In this document: piece after piece, positions 1-12,204 of the stretch
Numbering within the stretch: position 1 is the stretch's first letter
Layout: each line of letters starts with the position of its first letter
Source: Octopus bimaculoides
Taxonomy: Eukaryota
Direction of reading: 5' to 3'
DNA: 64,000 nucleotides
Assembly (NCBI RefSeq): GCF_001194135.2
Contig: NC_068988.1
Span: forward strand, 27,941,106 to 28,005,105
Translations under genes and position numbers: made by a program
The notes under the pieces: generated by a model
The model's database searches: none
Told to the model about the DNA's origin: nothing
Seen by the model: the letters and a program-made list of their open reading frames with translations, nothing else

Positions 1-15
1 ATATATATATATACA

Positions 16-47
<32 letters not shown>

Positions 48-183
48 GCCTCAGGCTGACTATCATGGAAATTGGATGTAAAATGATGGGGATGATGATG
101 ACTGAGGTATGGGCATTCTAATTTCAACTTTTGTCAAATTTACATTCAGGAACTTCTACGGAAAGATTTCTGTTAGATGTCTT

Positions 184-512
184 TTACCTTTTATTTGTCT
201 CAGTCGTTAGACTCCGACCATGCTGAAGAACTTTTAATCGAATGAATCAACCCCGGCACCAATTATTTTCTTGTAAAGCCTGGTAATTATTCTATCAGTA
301 TGTTTTGTTGAACCGTTAAGTTATGGGGGACATAAACACACCGGCACTGGTTATCAAGCAGTGGTGGGACACGAACAGACACACACAACTGGCTTCTAAG
401 GCTTTGGTCAGCCAGAGGCTATAGTAGAAGACACCTGCCCAAGATGCCATTCAGTGGGACTGAACACATAACCGTGTGGCTGGGAAACAAACTTCTTATT
501 ATAGCCATGCCT
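184..512 (-). mobile_element. tRNA-derived CORE-like SINE copy (degenerate)
   Basis: Reverse complement of the head/CORE/tail seen intact at 29262-29650; boundaries approximate. Confidence 0.75.
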
Positions 513-895
513 ACACCTATTGAATATATTTAAAAAGTTACAATATTTTTTATTTTGTTCTGCAGAATCAAAGTATTTTGCTACTCCTATAGTAATTTTT
601 ATGTTTGACAGTTTAAAATGCACCAACTCCATATGTTGGCAGAGTGCAACAGGTCAGTAGGACAATACTAGTCTCTTGGTCTTGACATTCAGACAAAAAA
701 AGATAATAAGTATAATTGGTCGATTACTAAATTCACTTACCTCTTGTTGATAGCTGGTTACCATGAATTTCTTTATAATAGTTTTGCTGTTTTTTTCACA
801 AGTACTTTTTTCTTTCAAAAATTTATCAAAATTTTCTAGAAAATAATTTTTCTTCATGACTAGTTTTCCATGTCCACACATACACCATACATGTA

Positions 896-897
<2 letters not shown>

Positions 898-972
<75 letters not shown>
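898..972. repeat. (TA)n microsatellite
   Basis: Perfect TA run. Confidence 0.99.
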
Positions 973-978
<6 letters not shown>

Positions 979-2318
979 GCATACACACAAACACCATACA
1001 TATGTATATGTCTTTGTGCATATGTTTTTTTTTTTTGTGTGTGTGTATTTATTTACTGTGCATAATGTGAACATGGCTGTTGTAGTAGTCTCAGGCTAGC
1101 CCTGATCAAACATACCTCTGTAATCAAAAGCATTCCAGCTGTGACCATGTTTTATTGCTTTGTTTTATTTTTTGTATCTTTTTTTTTGGTGACAGTCCAT
1201 CAAAGACTTCATTATCCAAAGGTATAATCTAAAGGAGATTTTGTCGTTAATTCTAGCAAATTACGTGGCCACATAGAGATTCCCTCTTTGGTCTATGTTT
1301 TGTCCCTCATTACTGTTAATTAACCCCAGTTCAACCCAAATTGTGCAAAACTATGATTAAAGACATTCCGGTTGTGACCATCCCCATTTTTTTTTTTGTC
1401 AGGTATTATGTACCTTGAGCTACATTACCCAATGTGTCCTTTTATAAGATGGAGGGGAGATTTGGTTGCTACTTCTAGCTGTTCGAATGGCTCATGTAGA
1501 ATCTCATTTGTTGGCTCATGTGTACAAAACTGTGTGTATTGGTCAATCTGTTCACAGCGTTCAAGACATACACACTTCACGTCTGGCTGTACAGCCTTTT
1601 TGTTTGTTTATTTCACCGTTTCGTTTTCCTGTCTTGTTTTCCGTCCGCCACTACCCTCCACGAAAACAATTTAATTTGTGTTCGTGGGAAGAGCCATTTT
1701 AACGATGCGTACTGCCTTAATTCTTTGAAACGCCGGGGTTTTAATGGTGGCAGCTGATGAAGGAGATGTTTTTATGTGGCCTGCTCGTTTGTTGCACCTT
1801 GTTTACCATTTTGTCCATGTTCTTTTGCCACGTCATGTACCCAGTAATGTATCTATATGTACATGTGGATGAAGGTATATACATACATGTACATATATAT
1901 GCATATACTCATATATTGTTTATATATATATATATACATACAGAGGTGGGGTCTCTATGAACGTAATCTGTTCCTGAGCCCTGTTTGGTAATCAAACTGT
2001 TTTTTGAATGAGTNNNNNNNNNNNNNNNNNNNNNNNNNNNNNNNNNNNNNNNNNNNNNNNNNNNNNNNNNNNNNNNNNNNNNNNNNNNNNNNNNNNNNNN
2101 NNNNNNNNNNNNNNNNTATCGACCCCAGTGCGTAACTGGTACTTAATTTATCGACCCCAAAAGGATGAAAGACAAAGTCGACCTCGGCGGAATTTGAACT
2201 CAGAACGTAAAAACAGACGAAATACCGCTAAGCATTTCGCCCGGCGTGCTTACGTGTCTTGCTTCTGTTTAACCGTATGTGTTCAGCTTTCCTGGAAAGA
2301 GCATCTGTTTTAAAAAAT

Positions 2319-2790
2319 AATAATAATGAAATTGTTTATATTGCTCAGGTGCACTACAACTCATCAAGAGTGCATGTACAGTACTTAGAATTATGTACAA
2401 AATTCAGGAAAGTGAACGGTGTATGATTCATATACNNNNNNNNNNGTGTATGATTCATATACACGTGTGCATGTGTATAGAGGGGGGGGGGTATCTGGTG
2501 TAGTGTTGGTGAATTTCAGGAAGCCTGGAGGTTTTAAAGGATGCAATGACTCAGCAACTGACAACTGATGCAGGTAGTCTGTTCCATGCTTTATCAACTC
2601 TGAGTGTGAAAAAATGTTTCTGAAAGTCATGGGAGCCATGTTGTTTTCTGACTTTGTAGGCATGCCCACATGTGTTAGACTCATGGAGCTCAAAAAGATG
2701 CTCGAGGTGGTTGTTAACACGATGGTTAATAATTTTGTGGGTGTTTACCAAGTCAGTTGCCAGACGTCAGAGCTTCAATGTATCTATGCC
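2319..2790 (-). mobile_element. CR1-type LINE 3' fragment with (TTA)n tail
   Basis: Minus-strand translation HAYKVRKQHGSHDFQKHFFTLRVDKAWNRLPASVV is typical of the CR1 ORF2 C-terminus; same 3'UTR as the copy at ~57935-58200. Confidence 0.8.
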
Positions 2791-4902
2791 CAGGGAAGTA
2801 ATTTTCTGTATTTTTGATTGAATAGTACACATCATTGAAATATTTAAGATTTTAAGAACAACTATGAAATGGATGGCATGTATGGAGTAAAAATATCTGC
2901 ACAGACTCAACCAGATAATGATGAAATGAAATAAATATAACCAGGAGGAGAGAGAGAGGGAAGTTGTAGTAACAACTGAAGTAGCAGAGGAGAGACATGA
3001 TGGGTTAGGAATAAGAGATTGCCAATGAAAGAATTTCAATGGAATTAGCCTAGACATCTCTATACATATGTTTGTGTGTATGTGTGCATAGGTGTGTATG
3101 TATGTGTCAAGTTAAATAACCTCGCTTTAGTAACTACACTGTGGAAGAAGCATTGGAAAACTCACCAAACTTAAATTCATGACACCTCATCATCATCATT
3201 ATCCTACTTGCAAGTGTCAAACAGAATTATGGTAACGCTCATATACAAGGACACACAAACACACAAGTTTCTTTCAATTTCTTTCTACCAAATCTACTCA
3301 CAAAACTAGTTGGGACACGACTACAGTAGAAAACACTTGCTCAAGGCATCAGTCAGTGGGATTGAACCAAAAACCATGTGGTTGGGAACTTCTCAACCAC
3401 ACAGCTATGCTTGTGCCTCATGAAATAAATTTAAAGTGAATTTATATATATTTTTTTACTTGTTTCAGTCAGTTGACTGTGGCCATTCTGGAGTACTGCC
3501 TTTTAGCCGAACAAATCAACCTCTGGGCTTATTCTTTGTAAGCCTGGAACCATGTGGTTGGGAAGCAAGCTTCTTACCACACAGTCACGTCTGTGCCATA
3601 TATATATATATGTGTGTGTGTGTGTGTTCTAAACAACCCAAAAACCGAAAATTGGTAAAATCATTGTTAATATTTGTGACATTGGACATTGAACTCACTG
3701 AAGAGCATTATCTTTGATAGTGAAAGAATGTGGCTCCTAAATGCAATGTAAGATGAATGAAGTGATTGCTATTGGTTGATTGCTGTAATCTTTAGAGCAG
3801 TATTTCCTCTTTCTAATAACTCTTAACTAAAGGCACCAAGCTACACTGTTTACATTTTACATATCAGGGACAAATTGAATGAAAAGGTAAAAAAAAAAAC
3901 TCATGTTTCTCAAAATAATAATTCAAGATTAGTATTATGATTAGTCTTGTTGAAAACAAACCCATAATCTGTATCACAAGTGAACTGGGTGAGACTCACT
4001 GGCATTTTACAGTGGTCTAATCTGATAGCATTTATGTAGTTGCTTACAAGTTAGTAACTATTTACCTATTTACATGATGCAGGCATGGCAATGTGGAGGC
4101 ATGGGTATAACTGTGTAGATAAGCTTCTCAATCATGTGGTTTTGAGTTCAGTCCTACTTCATGGCATCTTGAGCAAGTATTTTCTACCATCATACAAGGG
4201 ATGTTGCTTGTTTCCACTCTTCCATGAAAACCATGTCTGGCTATGAGAAAATATTACTTTGCTTGGAACCAAGTGAGGGCTAGTCACAGGAAGGGTATCT
4301 GACCATAGAAAATCCACCTCATCAAATTCTGACTTATCCATGCAAACACAGAAAAGTGGACATTAAACGATGATGGTGATGCTGTTATAAACTCAGCAGA
4401 TTACATGACAGGATGGAGTTGCTCAAATATGGAGGACATATATGAGATGTTATCAGAAAGTTTCTGACTGCACGTGTTGTGATTATGCTGTTCAGTATAT
4501 CTGCCTATACAGCTGAACATCCTTAGTTACCAGCCTGCTGAGCCAGTCTACAAATAAGCTTCATGCTTTCTAGTTATCTTCAATTATGTGAGTTATTGTA
4601 ATTGTGTGTTAGAACAGGTCTATGATATTAACAATGGCTACAAAATTTGATCAATTTATTAATGTGTGCACGTGTGTGTGATATCACATGATGGTTGTAA
4701 ACAGGTTTAACCACCATACAAGTAATGTTGATCATTTCTAGTCATCTGGGAAAGATGCTTGACCATGGGGGAAATATTACCTTGCTATGAAACGGTTTAG
4801 GGTTAGCAACAGGAGGGACATCCAGCTGAAGAAAATCTGCCTCAACAAATTCTGTCTAATGTAAGCAAACATAGGTTGTTAAACCAATGATGATGATGTA
4901 CC

Positions 4903-5200
4903 TGTATTAAATTTTGTATAAAGCAGCAAATATGCTACCAAGACCTTTTGAAATGTTTCATCAAGTTTTTGGTGAACATGCTTTAGGTCAGGCACATGTT
5001 TTTGAGTGGTACAAGGTTCTCAAAGTTGAAGTGTTGGTTGAAGATGATGAGCATTCAAAGTGACCAGTCATGCAAAACATTAGAAAATGTAGGAAAATTT
5101 CATGAGGCCCAGCACCAAACAATCTATCGCTTCCTTCATGACTGAAATCAATTATAAAGTCTACCAGGAGATTCTTACAGAAAATCTGAACATGTATTGT
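4903..5200 (+). mobile_element. Degenerate mariner transposase 5' fragment
   Basis: Frameshifted CIKFC...FEMFHQVFGEHALGQAHVFEWYK...VEDDEHSK*P matches the mariner N-terminal HTH region. Confidence 0.8.
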
Positions 5201-5426
5201 GTTCATTGCTCTTTGATTTTGCTTGACCATTTCCTGCTGTGGTTTTGTGTTTTTTTCCCTAAAAAGAAATTAAATCTTATGTGGTGACCTCACCAGTGCT
5301 GGTGTTACAAAGAAAATGCCCAGTACCCTCTGTAAAGTGGGTATCATGAGGAAAGGTATCCAGCCATAGAAATCACAACAAAGCAGACATTGGGACACAA
5401 TGCAGTCCTCTGACTCATCAGATCCT

Positions 5427-5627
5427 TCTACTATAAGCACAAGGCCTGAAATTTTATGGAGAGGTGGGGGGCAGTCGATTAGATCAACCCCAGTAGGCAA
5501 CTGGTACTTAATTTATTGACTCCGAAAGCATGAAAGGCAAAGTCGACCTCGGCAAAATTTGAACTCAGAATGTAGCGACTGGCAAAATACCACAAAGCAC
5601 TTCATCTAGCGTGCTCTGCTAGCTCTC
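5427..5627 (-). mobile_element. tRNA-derived SINE nested in an RTE-tail repeat, 17-bp TSD
   Basis: CTGACTCATCAGATCCT at 5410-5426 and 5628-5644; B-box-like GTTCAAATT on the minus strand. Confidence 0.88.
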
Positions 5628-6126
5628 CTGACTCATCAGATCCTGTTGAATCATCCAACCCATACCAGCATGGAAGATGTACAGTAAATGATGATGATGG
5701 TGATGTGGCACCACTTTAAGATAGTAAGTAAAATTGAAAGATTCACAGGCAGCATTGAACAACCTTCAGGAAGAAGATTTCTGCCATGTTTCTGAGACAC
5801 ATGATGGTGCTGTGATTGATGTTACATTCTCAAGGGAACTATTTCAAAGGAGATGGGACTTGAATATAAATTATACATCAAATACATTATTTGCTGGAGT
5901 ACAGCTGTACTTTTACAGGGCTGATTTGGGAACTTCCTGATACACCCTCATAATTTTGCAATCCAAATTTTTCTGTAATCTAAATTAAATTTTTATCTTT
6001 TCAGCTCCTTTTTATCATTTTTACCTATTTTGTTATTTTGGTCACAGTGTCATGGGACACAAAACAGCTTTCCACATCCCAATGTTATTTCATTATAATA
6101 TTAATTGCTTTCTTTTCTGTTTTCAG

Positions 6127-6203
6127 TCTTATGCGCGCAGCGTGTAACCCAGATGACTAGAACATACAATGATATTGAGGCTGTGACTCGTCTGCTCGAA
6201 GAG
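6127..6203 (+). CDS. TRAK1: TRAK/Milton coding exon: (x)[25 protein letters not shown]
   Basis: tttcAG acceptor at 6125-6126, GAG|GTAAGC donor; phase 1 in, phase 0 out; conserved HAP1_N start motif. Confidence 0.95.
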
Positions 6204-6489
6204 GTAAGCAATGGAATTAGTTTTCATAAGTGTTTCGTATCTGATTGTTTTCTGAAATAGGTACGTTAAACCTCAGTAAGTGTTGCATTTGCCTCAAGTT
6301 GTCAGAATTTTGGAAAAAAAAATCTTTTTGTTTCTTCATTATTATTAGCGCTTTCTTTTGTTTATGGAACTTGTTAAATAAAATTTGGTGAATGTACAAA
6401 CAGCTTGTTCATTTATATAAAACAGATGTTTTGGTGGGGGGTTTTGTTTAGAAGAGAATTTTTTTTTTTATGAGGTTCCATGACATTGG

Positions 6490-6560
6490 AGATAGATAGA
6501 TAGATAGATAGATAGGAATATAGGTAGGTAGATTAGCTGATAGATAGATAGATAGATAGA
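6490..6560. repeat. (GATA)n/(GGTA)n compound microsatellite
   Basis: Visible tetranucleotide runs. Confidence 0.9.
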
Positions 6561-7606
6561 CAAACGGACAGGTAGAGAGAGGGATAAGTAGAGAGAGGGA
6601 TAGAGAGAAGGGGGATCCCCCTTCCTATCCACCATTCATTTATTTATTTAGTCATTTACCGTTGTATTGGAATGGGTTTAAGGATGGTGACCTCTTCAAA
6701 ATAAAAATACAGGTGTGGTAATCACTGAAAGTCTTTTTGTTTTCTTTCTCTCTTCCCCTCTTTTTTCTTCTTTTAATGTGTGTGTTACATAAGAAGCACC
6801 TTGAGTGGTTGGCAGTAGGAAGGGCATCCAGCTGTTGAAATCTTGCAAAAACAAATAATTGGAGCTGGGTGAAGCTCTCTGGCTCACCAGCTCCTATCAA
6901 ACCGTCCAACCCATGTCAGCTTGGAAAATAGACATTTGATGATGATGTTATATTTATCATCAGTAAATCATAAATCTAAAAACGAAGCATCTATTTACCA
7001 TTGTTCTGAGTGGAGTAGCTAAGGTCAAGACATTCCATTCATGGAAACCACTTAGTCTCTCAGAAATATGGAACATTTTGACCTCAGCTACTCCATTTAG
7101 AACATCCCTACACCATCTAACCATCTGTACACTTGAATGCCGCTGGAAATGTGTGTGTACACATAAACATGCACCCCACCATGAATGGACAAAGTTTGTA
7201 TATGGCATGGCTGTGTGATCAAGAAGCTCACTTAGCAACCATGTGGTTTGGGGCTCAGTCCCACTGCATGACACCTTAGGCAAGTGACTGTTATAGCCCC
7301 AGGCTGACCAATGACTTGTGAATAAACTTGGTAGATGAAAACTGCAAGGAAGCCTATAGTGTGTTTTTGTTTGTCCACCGCTGCCACCCTTGAGAGCTGG
7401 TATTTGTTTACATTCCTATTACTTAGTGGATCAGCAAAAAAGACTAATAAAATAAATACCAGATTTTAAAAAAAGTACTGGGCGCGATTTATGTGACTAA
7501 ACCCTTCAATGTGATACCCCGACATAACCACAGTCCAAAGACTGAACATTTCATTGCAAGTTTTATTCACTTGTTTCTTACTTATGCCCCATTCTGAAAT
7601 AACCCA

Positions 7607-7730
7607 CACCCTACCGCAACATTGCCACACCCTACCAAAATATTGCCACGCCCTACCAAAATATTGCCACGCCCTACCAAAATATTGCCATGCCCTATCA
7701 AAATATTTCCACACCCTATCAAATTAGTGG
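7607..7730. repeat. 21-bp minisatellite (CCCTACCAAAATATTGCCACG), about 5-6 copies
   Basis: Tandem units read directly; gives the spurious ORF (FGRAWQY)n. Confidence 0.9.
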
Positions 7731-7871
7731 CATACCCTACTAGTGAGGCATGCACTCCACTTTGAGTAATACTGTTCTAAAGGAAAAATATTGCATAGAC
7801 CTTGCTAACATTGAGCAGTGTCCTTTCTCTGTCACTCTCTCTCTCTTTCTCTCTCTCTCTCTCTTTCTCTA

Positions 7872-7922
<51 letters not shown>

Positions 7923-10151
7923 NNNNNNNNNNNNNNNNNNNNNNNNNNNNNNNNNNNNNNNNNNNNNNNNNNNNNNNNNNNNNNNNNNNNNNNNNNNNNN
8001 NNNNNNNNNNNNNNNNNNNNNNNNNNNNNNNNNNNNNNNNNNNNNNNNNNNNNNNNNNNNNNNNNNNNNNNNNNNNNNNNNNNNNNNNNNNNNNNNNNNN
8101 NNNNNNNNNNNNNNNNNNNNNNNNNNNNNNNNNNNNNNNNNNNNNNNNNNNNNNNNNNNNNNNNNNNNNNNNNNNNNNNNNNNNNNNNNNNNNNNNNNNN
8201 NNNNNNNNNNNNNNNNNNNNNNNNNNNNNNNNNNNNNNNNNNNNNNNNNNNNNNNNNNNNNNNNNNNNNNNNNNNNNNNNNNNNNNNNNNNNNNNNNNNN
8301 NNNNNNNNNNNNNNNNNNNNNNNNNNNNNNNNNNNNNNNNNNNNNNNNNNNNNNNNNNNNNNNNNNNNNNNNNNNNNNNNNNNNNNNNNNNNNNNNNNNN
8401 NNNNNNNNNNNNNNNNNNNNNNNNNNNNNNNNNNNNNNNNNNNNNNNNNNNNNNNNNNNGCATATCACCCTGGGCAAGTGTCTTCTACTATAGCCCCTGG
8501 CCAATGAAAAGCCTTGTGAGCTGATGTGGTAGAAGGAAACTCTGTGTGAGTACCCTTGGCTAGACTATGTGATGGCTGTAAATGAGCATCATTGTCATAC
8601 GAGTGAAATTGTTTGTCTCGAGTTCTATGTGATGGCCATGTTTAGCAATGGAAATATATTACCTTGCTTGGAACAGGTGAAGGTTTGCGTCAGGAAGGTT
8701 ATCCAGCCTTAGAAAAACCTGCCTCAACCAATTCCGTCTGATCTGTGCAAGCCTGGAAAATTGAACATTAAAATGGTGATGGTGACTTCAGTTATTTCTG
8801 GCCATTTTTATATTCAGGAGTAAAACGAATTTTCATACAGTATCATAGCTCAGAAAACGATTTTATTTGTCTTGTTTTTATGTATTAACTTTGACTTCAG
8901 ATATGTACTCTGCACTATGGGTGGTCAAACTGAGTTGTACTATTGAAGTCATTTACTTTCAATATTGAATAGTGACTTATCATACAATTCCTCTGGTTAG
9001 GCTACAAGAAACAGAAAACATTAAAGAAATTAGAAAATATTAATCCTTTAGCATTTAAACCAGTCAAATCCAGCCCAGATATTCTCCGTTTTATGTTCAA
9101 ACTGACCAGATCCAGCCTTTCACAACTACCCTACTATAATTTCAATATTTTCGCCTAAAATCATTGTTCAACGTCTGCTTTCCATGCTGGCATGAGTTGA
9201 ACAGTTTGACATGAGCTGGCGACCAGGCATGAGCTTGCACCAGACTTCTGTGTTTGTTTTGGCATGGTTTTTATGGCTGGATGCCCTTCCTAACACCAAC
9301 CACTCTGCAAAGTGGACTGAGTGCTATTTACATGGCACAAACACAAGCGAGGTCAATTTTGGCAGGGTTTTTACAGCTGGATACCCTCTCAAACACCATC
9401 CACTTTACAGTGTGGACTGGATGCTTTCTGCATGTATAAGAATGTTCTGGAGATGTTGAGGATTGAATCCAGACCCTTTTCGCACTCAAAGCAAATGAAA
9501 TGTTTTTATAGAATATATTGATAAGATTGTGTAACATTGTGAAAATATTTTCATTGTTTTTTTATCAATATGCAAGTGAATTTATATCATTTTCTTTGTT
9601 TTTCCTTTTATTCCCTACCGCTATCACGTTATTTTATTCAAGTAAACCTGAGATATAACCACTTCAAATTATCTTAGTGACATATTTGTTGCAAGTATTT
9701 CCAACACTTTCTGCTAAAAGCTGCTAACTTTCTTGGTTGTTTAGATAATCTTTTGAGATTTACTCCTCTGTCAGTTACTATTATAACTTCAGTTATTTGA
9801 CTTCAAATTTACTTTGTAATGTTATTACAAAATAACATTGCAGTCAAGGTTGTGTTGTCAGTGACTAAATAACTGCAAAAGTGGTGCAATGAAATCTGAT
9901 TGGTTGATAGGAACAGGATTGGATTTGAAGGTAAAATATTTGCTCAGAGAGTTTACTAGAAGCAATGTTAAGTGATATTAGTGTTGGAAATAAGCATAGT
10001 AGTATACATAGTGGATATTATCCCGAGCAGATGGGAAATGATTAGCAAAATGAGACGATTTGTCATAGCTGTTTGGGCACTGACGATTTGGCACAGCTGA
10101 CTGGACATCCAGCCACATTTTGTGACTGTTGTTTTTGGCACTGGAGACGCG

Positions 10152-10188
<37 letters not shown>

Positions 10189-10430
10189 TGCAATTTATTA
10201 ATTGAACAAGATTGCCAAATACTTTCTCTCTCCTCATACACATAAAAAGAAATATACTCACACACTTAAACAGAGAGAGAGAGACAGAGTGGGGTTGTGG
10301 AGAATAACAGTGCCAAAACAGCTATACCAAAATATCTCATGCACATATTTCAATTTGCAACAAAATGCTTTCCTTCTTTACAAATGACAAACAATAAGCA
10401 AGGCGTTGCTGAATAATAGTGACACTTGGA

Positions 10431-10793
10431 TAACAAAAGCACTCACAGAGTGCAAACCTCTACCAAGGCAACACTAGTGTCCTCTCAACGATTAGCCAGA
10501 GAGGATTTTTAAAATGAGAATATCTGAAATAAACTGCTTTCACATATGAAAATACTAAAAATGACCCTGCCCGCTCTCAAAATTTAAGTAAAAAAACAGG
10601 AAAGATTATCCACAATCCTTGTCCAGTACCAGATCAATCCCCAAATCTAATCAGTTTGTGCCAATCATGAGGCCAAACATCCCAGAAAGTTTGATCCGAA
10701 TCCATTCAGCGGTGCTTGAGATATCTTGTCCATGGACAAACAAATATGCATTACTGAGAACAATACCTCCGCCTACACTGAGACAGAGGTAAT
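10431..10793 (+). mobile_element. Non-autonomous element with subterminal repeat and 3' hairpin (Helentron/HINE-like architecture)
   Basis: 5' AACCTCTACCAAGG resembles 3' ACCTCCGCC, which pairs with a downstream AGACAGAGGT; class assignment is by architecture only. Confidence 0.4.
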
Positions 10794-11131
10794 AAATGCA
10801 TAATTCTGTAATCAATTGGAAAATAATTAGTTGAGTACACTCCTTCAAATGGACAAGTTGCTTGACACCAAATACATTGTTTTCATTAATATTCTCTTGT
10901 TTGTATTAGCATTCAACTCATGAATTTGTGACTCAAACAATTGTCACCTGTGGTCGTCTATTACTGACCAGGTCAGATTTAATTTCAAAGCAATCTGCAT
11001 TCCAGCATTGTAATCTGTTGATATTTCAATGAATAATTAATCTTAGATTTCCCTTGATGACTTGTTGCCATATCTTCAGCTGCCTGCTATGGTGGCATTG
11101 CCAATCCAAACACAAAGTTGTTAGGATATTG

Positions 11132-11692
11132 AGATCTTTTTTAAAACGGGGGCCACATTTTTCATTAACGAAACACTTTGAAACTTGGAACACTGGTAGA
11201 ATGTGTCATATAAAATATCTTTTTCTCTTAGTCTTCTTTAAAAAAAAGATATCCATAAGTTATTCCATGTTAAAGTTGTCGTATTTCTGTAATTTCAACC
11301 AATCACTGATGTCCATTCAGCCGATATACATTAAGTGCCGACTACATAAACAAACGATTCTGAAACAATTAACCCTAACCCTAACGCTAGGGTTAGGGTT
11401 AAAGCAAATTTAAAATGAAAAAAGCAAATAAAATGAAGGTATGGAGATTAAATACGCTTTACATCGCTTAATCAGCCAAAGGAGTAAATGTAAACAACTG
11501 AATACTTGTCAGTGATTGGTTGAAATTATCGAAATAAGACAATTTTTTACATGAAATAAATTCGAATACAAAAATATTTTTCTGTTCTATAACACAAAAT
11601 AGATAAGTATACGAAGTTTGAAAGTCTTTCCGTACCAAAAACACTACGTAAAACATTAATGAAAAACGTGGCCCCCGTTTTAAAATAGATCC
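11132..11692. mobile_element. Foldback MITE with long imperfect TIRs, (A/G)GATC...GATCC ends, 8-bp TSD and a central telomeric hairpin
   Basis: TIRs GATCTTTTTTAAAACGGGGGCCACATTTTTCATTAA / TTAATGAAAAACGTGGCCCCCGTTTTAAAATAGATC; GGATATTG at 11124-11131 and 11693-11700. Confidence 0.85.
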
Positions 11693-12204
11693 GGATATTG
11701 ATATACATATGACCAAAATAATGAAAAGGTGGGTTTTGAGTGCTGATGATAGAGGCTTGCCAGAGCAACTTGGCTCCCATTGATGAGGTGAATATGAAAT
11801 TTCTTTCAAAATCCTCTTGTTAAAGCACTCCAAACAAGGTTCTCTGCTCATAGAAACAACAACTTTACCAAAGAAGAAGCATACTTGACCTGGATCACAG
11901 ATTTTTATCTGAATTTCATCTCCCTTCAGTGTCAGAATGTTATTCTTGGACTGGCTAGTTGTTAGGAATGCTCATGGCTAACTGAATTCTGTGATATTTG
12001 TATTATGTAATCTAGTTCCTTTAATTTTGTTTTCATGAATTATATTGGTGTAGTTATTTTAAACATGTATTGGTTTTTGTCATACAATTGTTCCCAGGTT
12101 TAAACTCTTTGTTGCTCCAGTCAGTCCTTTTATGTATGCCTAATTAGAGTCCAAATTGTGAATTATCCAGATTTTTATCCGGACATTCACCGGAAATAAT
12201 AGTT

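Noticed and set aside
560-660. ESKYF… after a CAG, considered as the exon preceding 6127 (TRAK has …ETLKYF…)
   Set aside because: No further similarity and no suitable phase-1 donor; the true upstream exon is probably outside the window
826-1074. ORFs with (YI)n, (CV)n, (TH)n, (SL)n or (RE)n runs here and at 7750-8524, 32421-33257, 34676-35410, 55689-56057
   Set aside because: Translations of dinucleotide microsatellites and N-gaps, not genes
7466-7714. ORF with repeated FGRAWQY peptide; the array superficially resembles CRISPR repeats
   Set aside because: A 21-bp tandem repeat without spacers in a eukaryotic intron; no cas genes
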